DNA of 64,000 nt, from the NCBI RefSeq assembly GCF_044324875.1, contig NZ_CP172185.1; one strand, 5' to 3'. The notes under the pieces are model-generated. The model ran no database searches. It was given only the letters and a program-made list of their open reading frames with translations, and had not been told where the DNA came from. Position 1 is the stretch's first letter. Every line of letters starts with the position of its first letter. This DNA is from Escherichia coli (GTDB lineage: Bacteria > Pseudomonadota > Gammaproteobacteria > Enterobacterales > Enterobacteriaceae). Of the stretch, positions 1 to 9,342 are shown piece by piece. Position numbers and translations under genes: made by a program.

Positions 1-2
1 TG

Positions 3-638
3 ATGTCGCTGCTGCTGATGGCAGTCAGCATTCCGGCGGGGGCGGCGCTGCATGATATCCCGGAGGGATACGTGCGTGTGGCGGAACAGCATGGTGTTCC
101 GGCAGAAGTACTCTATGCCGTCTCGCTGACCGAGACGGCCATGGTCCCCTCCGCCATTGGTGCTGTAATGAAAAAACGGAATGAGGATTACAGGGTACCA
201 GCAGTGGCACGTCCCTGGCCCTGGACCATCAATGTGGCGGGCCGGGGATACCGCTATGCCAGTCGACTGGAGGCCTGGCAGGCCCTCCAGGTTTTTCTGA
301 AACGATATCCGGCCCGACGGATTGATGTGGGGATAGCCCAGGTCAATCTGGGCTGGAACGGGCACCGTTTTGCGTCCACATGGGCGGCATTTGACCCGTA
401 CACCAGTCTGAACACGGCGGCGGTCATCCTGAGAGAATGTCGCCGTCGCCATCCTGACAGCTGGCTGCAGGCTGCCGGCTGTTATCACCATCCGGCAGGC
501 GGCGCACCCGCAGTACGCTACATCGCGCTGGTGAGGCGGCATATTGACCGCCTCCACCGTGATGCGGTCAGTACGTCAGGTGTGACTGCCATGAATCCCC
601 GTTATATCCGGACAGAACCCCGGGAGTTAACCCCATGA
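3..638 (+). CDS. SLT-domain lytic transglycosylase of ICE transfer module; 5' end may continue upstream of window
   Basis: ORF opens at window edge; SLT-like motifs (LTETAM, GIAQVNLGW); first gene of co-oriented overlapping operon. Confidence 0.5.
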   Translation: MSLLLMAVSIPAGAALHDIPEGYVRVAEQHGVPAEVLYAVSLTETAMVPSAIGAVMKKRNEDYRVPAVARPWPWTINVAGRGYRYASRLEAWQALQVFLKRYPARRIDVGIAQVNLGWNGHRFASTWAAFDPYTSLNTAAVILRECRRRHPDSWLQAAGCYHHPAGGAPAVRYIALVRRHIDRLHRDAVSTSGVTAMNPRYIRTEPRELTP

Positions 639-1162
639 AACGATTTAAACGATATGTCATGACGACCGCAACGGGTCTGTTGCTGTGCGCGGCTCAGGCC
701 GGCGCGGAGCTCAGGGTGATTGCTGACCTTGGTGGCAGTGATGCCGGCAGGTTTTATGAAGCAATAAACCGCCAGGCGGACAGCGGAACGTCGTCGCCTG
801 TCACGGCGCTGCTGCCGCAGGGGGAGAGTGCGATGCTGCCGGTGTCCACACCGGAAATGTCTCCCGGAGAGGTGACGCCGAGATCACTGCAGTTACCGGG
901 GCTGGGGGCACTGTTCCTCGTGGGGGATGATGCACTCTCCCGTCAGTGGCTGCAGACGAATGCGGCCGCGCTGCTTGAAAGGAAGGCTGCCGGTATGGTG
1001 GTGAGCGTGACGAATGAGAGCGGTCTGCAGGCGCTGCGGGCGCTGGCTCCCGGTGTGATGATGGTACCGGCTTCCGGTTCAGCACTGGCCCGCCGTCTGC
1101 AGCTTGACCACTGGCCGGTGCTGATAACGGACAGTGGTATCAGCAGTGTGGTGATGCCGTGA
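635..1162 (+). CDS. ICE-associated exported protein, function unknown
   Basis: N-terminal signal-like segment; start overlaps upstream stop (operon coupling). Confidence 0.45.
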   Translation: MKRFKRYVMTTATGLLLCAAQAGAELRVIADLGGSDAGRFYEAINRQADSGTSSPVTALLPQGESAMLPVSTPEMSPGEVTPRSLQLPGLGALFLVGDDALSRQWLQTNAAALLERKAAGMVVSVTNESGLQALRALAPGVMMVPASGSALARRLQLDHWPVLITDSGISSVVMP

Positions 1163-1752
1163 TGCAGAGACAACTGACGGACCTGTTACAGGAAGGCACG
1201 TGGCACGGCATTCTGCTGTGCGTACTGGTCGTGCTGTTTCTGTTTTTTCCGCTCCTGTGGGGGCGATGCAGACGTCGTGAACGCGCCAGTGAGCGTCGTC
1301 ACCGCCGTTACCGCGCTGCGGCTGAACGTGTGCTGACAAAGCTGCCGGAAGGTGGGGCGGGTGTGAAATACCTGCGAAAAATTAACCCGTATGTGTTTGA
1401 AGAACTGCTGCTTCTGGCGTTTGAACGCAGGGGGATGGCGGTCATCCGTAACACACGTTACAGCGGAGATGGTGGCCTGGATGGTCAGGTGCTGATTGAC
1501 GGCGAGCGGTGGCTGATTCAGGCCAAACGTTACGGACGGACCATCCGTCCGTCACATATTGATGATTTTGGTGACCTGCTGCGCCGTGAAGGCTGCCGTG
1601 GATTTTTTATTCACACCGGTCGTACGGGACCGGCCAGCCGGGCACGGCTGGCGCTGTGGCCGGATATTGAGCTGGTCAGCGGGCAGCGTCTGCTGAAACT
1701 GCTGAACGGGGCATTGCTGCCGGATGAACTTACCAGAGGAGCGCGGAGATGA
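1159..1752 (+). CDS. membrane-anchored restriction-endonuclease-fold (Mrr-like) protein of ICE transfer module
   Basis: N-terminal TM helix then segment resembling Mrr catalytic core (DG..D...QAKRY); overlaps neighbours. Confidence 0.45.
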   Translation: MMQRQLTDLLQEGTWHGILLCVLVVLFLFFPLLWGRCRRRERASERRHRRYRAAAERVLTKLPEGGAGVKYLRKINPYVFEELLLLAFERRGMAVIRNTRYSGDGGLDGQVLIDGERWLIQAKRYGRTIRPSHIDDFGDLLRREGCRGFFIHTGRTGPASRARLALWPDIELVSGQRLLKLLNGALLPDELTRGARR

Positions 1753-2261
1753 TGACGGTAAAACGGATGTTTATGTTTTTATTCAGAATAACGATTGTCT
1801 GGCCATCCATGCTGACAGGATGCGTGATGATGCTGTATTTCGCGGAGGTCGCCGGCGGTGGTGTGGCGGGACTGGAGCAGCGTTACGGGGTGGAATCCGC
1901 CCGCTGGCGTGATGCGCCGGAAGGGATGGTGATGACAGCGCAGTGCCCGTCGCGTCCCTTTATGGCGCCTGTGAGTGCCGGGGAGTGGCGTGCACTGGCT
2001 GCATCTGATGATGAATGCAGCCAGGTTCCGCGCTCTTTCAGAGAAGCTGCAGAGGGCGATGTGCAGTCGCTGCGCAGAGTGGCACTGACACTTCTGCTGG
2101 CATCCGTGGTTCTGGAAGCGCTTTCAGCCTGCATTCTGCGCCGGGTAACGGCATCCGTCCGGGTATCACCACACTGTGGATATGGCTGCGGACGTGGTGC
2201 GGTGGCGCACTGGCCAGAGAGTCGCGTTCACGCTGCACCGGAGAAAGGAGAGCGGGTGTGA
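1749..2261 (+). CDS. ICE-associated putative exported/lipoprotein
   Basis: hydrophobic N-terminus with LTGC lipobox-like motif; start overlaps upstream stop. Confidence 0.4.
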   Translation: MMTVKRMFMFLFRITIVWPSMLTGCVMMLYFAEVAGGGVAGLEQRYGVESARWRDAPEGMVMTAQCPSRPFMAPVSAGEWRALAASDDECSQVPRSFREAAEGDVQSLRRVALTLLLASVVLEALSACILRRVTASVRVSPHCGYGCGRGAVAHWPESRVHAAPEKGERV

Positions 2262-3043
2262 ACGTTTCATTTACTGAACAGGTGCAGAGGGATATGCCGC
2301 AATGGGCGAATGACCCGTTACTGGCATGGGATGCCACCGCGTTTGCGGCAATGTCGGATTTTATTACAGAGCACTACTGGACGGGACAGGGCAGCATCAA
2401 TGTGTTCCGCATTGTGGGAACTGACCATCCACAGTATGCCGGAATGACCTGGCTGGAGCTGCTGGAGCGCGGTAACCGTATGGACATCAATATCCCGTTA
2501 CTGGAAAAAAATCCGGGATACTACACGCAGGCAGAGCAACAGCATGCCGGGATGAGTTTTGTCAGCACGGATGGCGTTGACTGGTATGTCAGTACAGACG
2601 GCAATCACCGCAGTTGCCTGGCACGCTTTCTGTTTCACCTGCAGGGGGAGGAGCGCACACAGCTTCACAACGTGGCACAGAGTATTTATCACACAGACCG
2701 GGCGTTCTGGTCTGCCTGCCGGGAAATCCACAACCTGACTGACGCGCTGTCCCGGCATGGTGTATATATCCGTCTGCAGATCCGACGGCAGTGTGTTGCC
2801 CGCGAAGACCTGGCCTGCTGGAAAGTGGACCGTTTCAGCACAGAGGCGCAGCTGACAGTGGATGACGTGCGTGCCGGCGGACATGATATGCCTGCGGTGT
2901 ATAAGACGTTGCTGCTGAATGCGGCAGACGCATGGCGTGAGGTGATGGTATTACAGCGCAGACTGGAGGCGCTGTCTGCATCACCGGGGAACGATTTGCC
3001 ACGCACATGGTGGCGACGTCTTTTACGGAAGGGGGACATGTAA
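2258..3043 (+). CDS. ICE-associated hypothetical protein
   Basis: GTG start overlapping upstream stop (GTGA) after GGAGAAAGGAG; long ORF in operon frame; table ORF 2015-3043 trimmed. Confidence 0.4.
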   Translation: MNVSFTEQVQRDMPQWANDPLLAWDATAFAAMSDFITEHYWTGQGSINVFRIVGTDHPQYAGMTWLELLERGNRMDINIPLLEKNPGYYTQAEQQHAGMSFVSTDGVDWYVSTDGNHRSCLARFLFHLQGEERTQLHNVAQSIYHTDRAFWSACREIHNLTDALSRHGVYIRLQIRRQCVAREDLACWKVDRFSTEAQLTVDDVRAGGHDMPAVYKTLLLNAADAWREVMVLQRRLEALSASPGNDLPRTWWRRLLRKGDM

Positions 3044-5160
3044 TGAGCAACCGCTATGTCATTGAGGCATTGCTGAGACCGGCTGTGGAGTTCAATACGG
3101 CAGTGGTGGCAGCAACAGCAGCATGTATCTGTGTGACAGCCCCCTGGGCGGTGGCGCTGGCACCCACCGTCAGTTACGCCACTGCCGGTGGATTTGCCCT
3201 GCTGGCCGTGGTGCGTTTCCGGCAGGGGATGAACATCATCCGGTATCGCCGTAATCTGCGCCGGCTGCCCCGCTATGTGATGAGTACACGGCAGATCCCG
3301 CTCAGCCGTCAGCGGCTGTTTCTGGGGCGGGGATTTCGCTGGACCCAGAAGCATACCCAGCGTCTCCAGGATACGCTGCGACCGGAGGTGGCACACTATC
3401 TGCAGCCGGGCGGACTTTACCGGCTGGCGCGCTGGCTGGAAATGAAAACGGAACACCGTCTGCCCGCGCTGGGGAAACTGCTCCGGCATGAGTCGTCGCT
3501 GAATCCTGTGCGTCCTCTGCCGCCGGTGGGGGGAAATCCCGCCCTGCATGGTATTGAGCCGGATGAACAGGATGTGACGCTGGCTCTGGGGGAGCGTGTG
3601 GGGCATACCATTGTCTACGGCACCACCCGTGTCGGTAAAACCCGCCTGGCAGAACTGCTGGTCACTCAGGATATTCGCAGGGGAGAGGTGACCATTGTTT
3701 TTGATCCCAAAGGTGATGCTGATCTGCTGCTGCGTGTCTGGGCGGAAGCACACCGTGCCGGGCGGGGTGATGAACTGTATATTTTCCATCTGGGATGGCC
3801 GGAAATTTCGGCCCGATATAATGCGGTGGGACGCTTCGGGCGTGTTTCGGAAGTGGCTTCCCGTGTGGCCGGGCAGTTGTCCGGTGAAGGGAACTCGGCG
3901 GCTTTCCGCGAGTTCGCCTGGCGGTTCGTCAACATCATTTCCCGCGCCCTGGTGGCACTCGGTGAGCGCCCGGACTACCTGCTGATTGTGCGGTATGTGA
4001 ACAACATAGCCGATCTCTATATCCGCTATGCCGGAAAGGTGATCCGCGAGCGCATGCCGGAACTGGAGCAGGCGATTGCGAATAACCAGAATGTGATCAG
4101 CGAGGAGGATGTTCCCCGCACCATGCAGAACCAGCCGGATGCGGTACGTATCTGGTCCATCGAGATGGCCCTGAGCAGTGAGGAGGGTAAAAAAATTTAC
4201 GATCCGATCCTGGACGGGCTTCGCAGTGCGGTCCGCTATGACCGTACCTATTTTGACAAAATCGTGGCGTCCCTGCTGCCGCTGCTGGAAAAACTCACCA
4301 CGGGCAGGATCGCAGAGCTGCTGGCACCGGACTATCTGGACATGAACGATGCGCGACCGATTTTTGACTGGGAACAGGTGATCCGTAAAAAGGCGGTGGT
4401 CTATATCGGCCTGGATGCACTCAGCGACAGTGTGGTAGCCAGTGCTGTGGGGAATTCGATGTTTGCGGACCTGGTGAGCGTGGCGGGGCATATCTACAAG
4501 CACGGCATGCATGCCGGTCTGCCCGGTAAGGGGGAAGGCAAAAATGTGGTGAACCTGCACTGCGATGAGTTTAACGAACTGATGGGGGATGAGTTTATTC
4601 CGCTCATTAACAAGGGGGGCGGTGCCGGTATGCAGGTCACCGCGTACACCCAGACATCGTCAGATATTGAAGCGCGTATCGGTAATGCAGCCAAAACGGC
4701 GCAGGTTCAGGGAAACTTCAACAACATGATCATGCTGCGTGTCAGGGAGAACAGGACGGCAGAGCTGCTGACCACACAACTGCCTCAGGTGGAGATCTAC
4801 ACCAAGACGCTGGTCTCCGGTCACCAGGATACGGCGGACGTGTCTGCCGGTCAGGATTTCACGTCCAGCACCCAGGATCGTGTCGGCACGGTGAAGGTAC
4901 CTCTGCTGGAGCCGTCAGATATTGTCACCCTGCCCAAGGGACAGGCGTTTGCCCTGCTGGAAGGGGGGCAGCTGTGGAAAATCCGGATGCCGCTGCCGGC
5001 AGGGGATACGGATGACGTGCTGATGCCGGAGAACATTGCCCGGGTGGCAGAGGCGATGAGACAGAACTATCACACCGGTGAAGGATGGTGGAATGAGCCG
5101 CCGTCAGCGCAGGCCGCCGGAACAGATGAAGGAGGCGGATATGGCGGAAGCGCGTCGTGA
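3043..5160 (+). CDS. traD: conjugative coupling protein TraD (VirD4-like ATPase), ICE class
   Basis: 706 aa; N-terminal TM helices; Walker A GTTRVGKT; ATG 1 nt overlap with upstream stop, GGGGGA RBS. Confidence 0.8.
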   Translation: MSNRYVIEALLRPAVEFNTAVVAATAACICVTAPWAVALAPTVSYATAGGFALLAVVRFRQGMNIIRYRRNLRRLPRYVMSTRQIPLSRQRLFLGRGFRWTQKHTQRLQDTLRPEVAHYLQPGGLYRLARWLEMKTEHRLPALGKLLRHESSLNPVRPLPPVGGNPALHGIEPDEQDVTLALGERVGHTIVYGTTRVGKTRLAELLVTQDIRRGEVTIVFDPKGDADLLLRVWAEAHRAGRGDELYIFHLGWPEISARYNAVGRFGRVSEVASRVAGQLSGEGNSAAFREFAWRFVNIISRALVALGERPDYLLIVRYVNNIADLYIRYAGKVIRERMPELEQAIANNQNVISEEDVPRTMQNQPDAVRIWSIEMALSSEEGKKIYDPILDGLRSAVRYDRTYFDKIVASLLPLLEKLTTGRIAELLAPDYLDMNDARPIFDWEQVIRKKAVVYIGLDALSDSVVASAVGNSMFADLVSVAGHIYKHGMHAGLPGKGEGKNVVNLHCDEFNELMGDEFIPLINKGGGAGMQVTAYTQTSSDIEARIGNAAKTAQVQGNFNNMIMLRVRENRTAELLTTQLPQVEIYTKTLVSGHQDTADVSAGQDFTSSTQDRVGTVKVPLLEPSDIVTLPKGQAFALLEGGQLWKIRMPLPAGDTDDVLMPENIARVAEAMRQNYHTGEGWWNEPPSAQAAGTDEGGGYGGSAS

Positions 5161-5902
5161 TGCGGAACGCAGCCCGCAGTCCCGGGCGCCCCGTCAGCAT
5201 GGTCTGCTGTACAATCTGGTGTGGGGCTGGCCGTGGGCACTGGTGGGGCTGATTTTATCCTCCCTGCTGCTGAGTCTGTTGATTGAGTATGCCGGTATGA
5301 CGTTTTTCTGGAGTGAGGAGGGGGCGGCGCACAGCCGCGCTGTCATGAACACGGAGCTGGGCTGGCTGTCAACGGAGTTCACCCGCAGTCTGCTGCTTTC
5401 CGCGCCGGCAGAAACGGTGCCTGCGTGGATTTCCGCCGCGTATCAGTGGCTGTTTGTGGACAGTGGCATGCAGACATGGCTGCATGCACAGCAGGCGGGG
5501 ACGGCGGCAGGCAGAAGCGTGTCTGAATTCAGCAGTGAGCTGAGTCAGTGGCTGGCTTATCATCTTCATGACTACCTGCTGGCGACGGTGTATGTGACGG
5601 TGGTGACGATGGTCAGGGTGGTTATTCTCGTCCTGTCCGTTCCGTTGTTTGTGATGGTGGTTCTGGTGGCCGTTGTGGAGGGGCTGGGGCGCCGTGATTT
5701 GCGGCGTTACGGCGCGGCTTATGAGTCCAGCTTTGTCTATCATCATGCAAAAAAATCAGTCAGACCGGCGATTTATGTCCCCTGCATTATTTACCTTTCC
5801 TGGCCCGGCGCGGTATATCCGAACCTGCTGATATGGCCGGCGGCCATGCTGCTGGGACTGGCGGTTACCGTGACTGTGGCATCGTTCAAAAAATATCTCT
5901 GA
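5141..5902 (+). CDS. ICE-associated inner-membrane protein
   Basis: GGAGG RBS 7 nt upstream of ATG; several TM segments; start inside 3' end of traD. Confidence 0.5.
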   Translation: MAEARRDAERSPQSRAPRQHGLLYNLVWGWPWALVGLILSSLLLSLLIEYAGMTFFWSEEGAAHSRAVMNTELGWLSTEFTRSLLLSAPAETVPAWISAAYQWLFVDSGMQTWLHAQQAGTAAGRSVSEFSSELSQWLAYHLHDYLLATVYVTVVTMVRVVILVLSVPLFVMVVLVAVVEGLGRRDLRRYGAAYESSFVYHHAKKSVRPAIYVPCIIYLSWPGAVYPNLLIWPAAMLLGLAVTVTVASFKKYL

Positions 5903-6320
5903 TTCATGCGCCGGACACCCCGGTGCAAAACGTGTTTTGTGGCGGGGTGTCGGCAGACAAGCCACGTACTGACTGTCACAGCGCGTCAGCGTAAGAGCAC
6001 CGGCAGCAAGGGAATGACAACAATGGTGATGACGATGATGAGCAGGTTGATGCCCCTGATGACGTCATATAACCAGACAGGGCACTGTGGCTCTTCCCTG
6101 ACGATATATAACACAACAAAAAACCAGGTAAGACTGAACAGGGCCCGGTACGGAAGGGCGGTGAGGAGAAATTCCATGCTGATGTTTCCTCTTTACGGGG
6201 GGTCATTAGCGGGAAACTGTAGTGATGACCTGTTTCAGTAAACAGAAAAAATCATTAAAGATGGAATAAAATTGCGCCCCGGCGCGGGGATATGTTCCGG
6301 CATTCAGCCATGTCCGTTTT

Positions 6321-6341
6321 CCCTTAAAAATTTTCAGTTTT
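6321..6341 (+). promoter_or_regulatory. conserved upstream motif shared with 17145-17166
   Basis: see paired feature; lies in 520-bp noncoding gap before RAQPRD gene. Confidence 0.3.
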
Positions 6342-6420
6342 ACAAATAGAGTTTATCGCTGACCGGCACACCTGCCTTCTTCATGCTGTACGCACCCACA
6401 GATTCTTAACGGAGGTGCGT

Positions 6421-6762
6421 ATGTTTTCTCTTCCCGCATTTCCCCGGCGTGCCGCTGCCCTGGCAGGTACTACCGGGATGATGCTTCTTGCCATTGTGGC
6501 TGTGCCGGCTCAGGCCGCCGAAAAGGATGAGCTGGCAACGGCCATGCGTCAGCTTGACCAGGTACGGGAGGCGCTTGACCGTGCGAGAACGGTTTCCCTT
6601 CAGGCCACGCCTCATGACGGGCGTTATTTCTTCGACTACCCGCGTGCACAGGCTGACATTCAGACCATACAGGCGGGTATTGACCGTTATCTCACGCCGT
6701 CCCGTGCCCAGCCCCGAAACGGCAGTGCCGTGACCGGTGAATACCGGCGGGAGCGTCCCTGA
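6421..6762 (+). CDS. RAQPRD-motif ICE protein (exported)
   Basis: GGAGG RBS; signal peptide; motif PSRAQPRNG typical of RAQPRD family of ICE proteins. Confidence 0.55.
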   Translation: MFSLPAFPRRAAALAGTTGMMLLAIVAVPAQAAEKDELATAMRQLDQVREALDRARTVSLQATPHDGRYFFDYPRAQADIQTIQAGIDRYLTPSRAQPRNGSAVTGEYRRERP

Positions 6763-7004
6763 TGGCGCTGACGTCGGCACAGACCACGGCCTTTATGGCG
6801 GCATCCGGTGGCCTGGCAGTGAATGAGCTGCATCTGACCGCTGTGGGAATACTGGTTGCCGTTCTCTTTCTCTGGGCCGCCTGGGGACTGTCGGATGCAT
6901 GGTCCGGGTGGCGTAACGGTGACGTCAGGGAATCTTCGTTTATCTGGTTTACCGTCCGTACCGCACTGCTGCTTGTCAGCAGTATCTGGATGTTTGCGGG
7001 CTGA
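6762..7004 (+). CDS. small ICE membrane protein
   Basis: 80 aa, two hydrophobic helices, start overlaps upstream stop. Confidence 0.45.
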   Translation: MALTSAQTTAFMAASGGLAVNELHLTAVGILVAVLFLWAAWGLSDAWSGWRNGDVRESSFIWFTVRTALLLVSSIWMFAG

Positions 7005-7031
7005 TTTTCCGTTTTCTTTAAGGAGACATAC

Positions 7032-7397
7032 ATGTGTAAAAAGGTTTTTACTTTCCGTCACCTGCGTCTGGCGGGAATGGGACTGATTGCTTTTCTGCTG
7101 GGCAGTCTGACCCCGGCACTGGCCGATTTGCCCAAAATTGAGCCGCCATCATCCGGTGGGGGTGGTGGTTTTTTTAATCAACTCAAAGGCTATATCCAGG
7201 ATGGCATTGTGCTGTTTGGTCTGGTAGTTGCAGCGGCGGCCTTTGTGAAGGTGGCGGAGGCTGCCGTTACCACTTTTTCTGAGGTGCGTGACGGCAAGAC
7301 GGGCTGGGGACAGTTCGGGGCCATTATCGTGGTCGGGGTGGTGCTGCTGGTTGCGGTTATCTGGCTGCTCGGCAAATCCGCGAACATCATCCTGTAA
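7032..7397 (+). CDS. ICE membrane protein, possible conjugative pilin-like subunit
   Basis: signal-like N-terminus, Gly run (SSGGGGGFF), two C-terminal hydrophobic helices; AAGGAG RBS. Confidence 0.45.
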   Translation: MCKKVFTFRHLRLAGMGLIAFLLGSLTPALADLPKIEPPSSGGGGGFFNQLKGYIQDGIVLFGLVVAAAAFVKVAEAAVTTFSEVRDGKTGWGQFGAIIVVGVVLLVAVIWLLGKSANIIL

Positions 7398-7415
7398 TCC
7401 ACCAGAGGGCTGTTT

Positions 7416-7781
7416 ATGGAAACCATTCGTTTTCTGCCCGATCGTCTGAATGCCGAACCGACGGTGTTCCGGGGATTCACCACGCCAGAGCTGGGTCTGG
7501 CCGCACTGAGCGGTGTCTTTCTCGGTCTTCTCTGGACACTGCCACTGATACCGCTGTTCGGCTGGGTGATTATTCCCACCGGTGCCCTGCTCACTCCACT
7601 GCTTCTGGTCTGGACCGGCGGCGTGTGGATCACCCGGCTGAAACGGGGCAAACCGGATAACTGGCTCTGGCAGCGTATTGAAGAGAAAAAAGCGGCGCTG
7701 GGTGTGGGGCGCCCTGCATTTATCAGGGAAGCACAGGGCTGGTCCCTGCGTCGTTCCCGCGTCAGGGGAGGAAAAGGATGA
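7416..7781 (+). CDS. ICE membrane protein (transfer region)
   Basis: two TM helices; in-operon spacing. Confidence 0.45.
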   Translation: METIRFLPDRLNAEPTVFRGFTTPELGLAALSGVFLGLLWTLPLIPLFGWVIIPTGALLTPLLLVWTGGVWITRLKRGKPDNWLWQRIEEKKAALGVGRPAFIREAQGWSLRRSRVRGGKG

Positions 7782-8425
7782 GTCGTTTTCGTCATGCCCT
7801 GCAGGATCGTGACCAGCATATTTTGACGCTTCGTGTGTTCAGTGGTGTGCTGGCGGGGCTGCTTCTGATGGTCACCCTCGGCTGGATGTCTGCACCTGAC
7901 CGGCTGACCATCCATAATCCACCTGATTTACGTTCCGGCAGTACCCGTCCGTGGTGGGAGGTTCCGCCTTCCACTGTCTATTCCTTTGCGTATTACATTT
8001 TCCAGCAACTGAATGCCTGGCCGAAAAACGGTGAGGTGGATTATCCGGCAAAAATTCATGCCCTGTCGGCCTATCTGACACCGTCGTGCCGGGAAATCCT
8101 TGAAACGGATGCACGACGCCGTAAGGACGCGGGGGAACTGCTGGATCGTGTTCGTGTGGTGTATGAGATCCCTGAGCACGGTTACGGCGGACGTTACAAC
8201 CGTAATCCGGTCACGGTGGAAGGCCGGGACAACTGGCAGGTTCGTCTCGACTTAGTGGTGGATGAGTATTTTCATGCTGAGCCGGTCAAACGGGCGCTGG
8301 TCCGCTATCCGATGAAGGTGGTGCGTATGGAGGGCGATCCGGAACTTAATCCGTTTGCTCTGGCGCTGGACTGTTACAGCTCCACGCCGCAGCGTCTGGA
8401 AGCCGTGAAGGGAGGTGGTGAATGA
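7778..8425 (+). CDS. ICE mating-pair formation protein (VirB8/TraE-like candidate)
   Basis: single N-terminal TM helix then periplasmic domain; overlapping start/stop. Confidence 0.45.
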   Translation: MSRFRHALQDRDQHILTLRVFSGVLAGLLLMVTLGWMSAPDRLTIHNPPDLRSGSTRPWWEVPPSTVYSFAYYIFQQLNAWPKNGEVDYPAKIHALSAYLTPSCREILETDARRRKDAGELLDRVRVVYEIPEHGYGGRYNRNPVTVEGRDNWQVRLDLVVDEYFHAEPVKRALVRYPMKVVRMEGDPELNPFALALDCYSSTPQRLEAVKGGGE

Positions 8426-9342
8426 GAACCTGTGTACTGCGCAACCTGCTGCGTCCTGCCGCTGTGATGTTGTCGCTGTCAGTGATGTCCCTGACGGCGC
8501 AGGCAGATGAACTGATGAAGTGGGAGCGTATTCCGCTGGATGTCCCGCTGATGGTGGGGCAGGAGCGGGTCATTTTTGCCGATAAAAACGTGAGGGTGGG
8601 CTTTCCGCCTGCACTGAACGGCAGGCTGCGGGTGCAGAGCACCGGCGGTGCCGTCTACCTGAAAGCGGACAGCGCCTTTCCGAAAACGCGGGTTCAGCTG
8701 CAGGATGTGGAAAGCGGGGAGATGATCCTGCTGGATGTGACGGCCGCAGAAAAGGGGCCCACTGAGCCTGTCCGGATTGTGTATGACGGGGAGGTGAACA
8801 CGGTGAGCCGTGCCGGCGGCAGCGCTCCGGAGAGCGCGAAGGCGGGCAGCAGTGACGGACGTCCCGGGAAAGTCGGTGCGGATGACGGCACGCAGGCCCG
8901 CCGGACCGCCCCCCGTTATGACGAGCCCTTGCCGGTTCTGCTGACCCGGTATGCGGCACAGTCCCTGTATGCTCCGCTGCGCACCCTTGAACCGGTTGCG
9001 GGGATCAGACCGGTGGTGCCACCTCTTCCCCGGCAAATCACCACGCTTTACCCGTCTGAACCCCTGACGGTATCCCCGGTGGCGGCATGGTCCGCCGGCG
9101 GACGAACCGTGGTGGCCCTGAAACTCACCAGTACGGTGAGCCGGCGTATTGTGCTTGATCCGCGAGCCCTGCAGGGCCGTTTTGTGGCGGCCACCTTCCA
9201 GCACCGCTGGCTGGGTGCTGCCGGGACACCGGAAGACACCACAATGCTGTATGTGGTGACGGCAGGCCGCCCGGAGAAGGCCTTTGTGGCAGAGCCTGTG
9301 GCACCGCGCAGGACGGGCGGGGAGGTGAAACATGCAGATTAA
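8422..9342 (+). CDS. ICE mating-pair formation protein (VirB9/TraK-like candidate), exported
   Basis: signal peptide; operon coupling. Confidence 0.45.
   Translation: MRTCVLRNLLRPAAVMLSLSVMSLTAQADELMKWERIPLDVPLMVGQERVIFADKNVRVGFPPALNGRLRVQSTGGAVYLKADSAFPKTRVQLQDVESGEMILLDVTAAEKGPTEPVRIVYDGEVNTVSRAGGSAPESAKAGSSDGRPGKVGADDGTQARRTAPRYDEPLPVLLTRYAAQSLYAPLRTLEPVAGIRPVVPPLPRQITTLYPSEPLTVSPVAAWSAGGRTVVALKLTSTVSRRIVLDPRALQGRFVAATFQHRWLGAAGTPEDTTMLYVVTAGRPEKAFVAEPVAPRRTGGEVKHAD

Noticed and set aside
2689-4560. 623-aa minus-strand ORF
   Set aside because: Lies antisense across the whole traD gene; Arg/His/Pro-rich low-complexity translation typical of GC-rich antisense frames; no RBS; traD has clear Walker motifs.
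5986-6177. 63-aa hydrophobic minus-strand ORF near the 3' end of the ICE membrane protein gene
   Set aside because: A second table ORF overlaps it in another frame and the local sequence is ambiguous to read by eye; weak start context; kept as unresolved rather than called.
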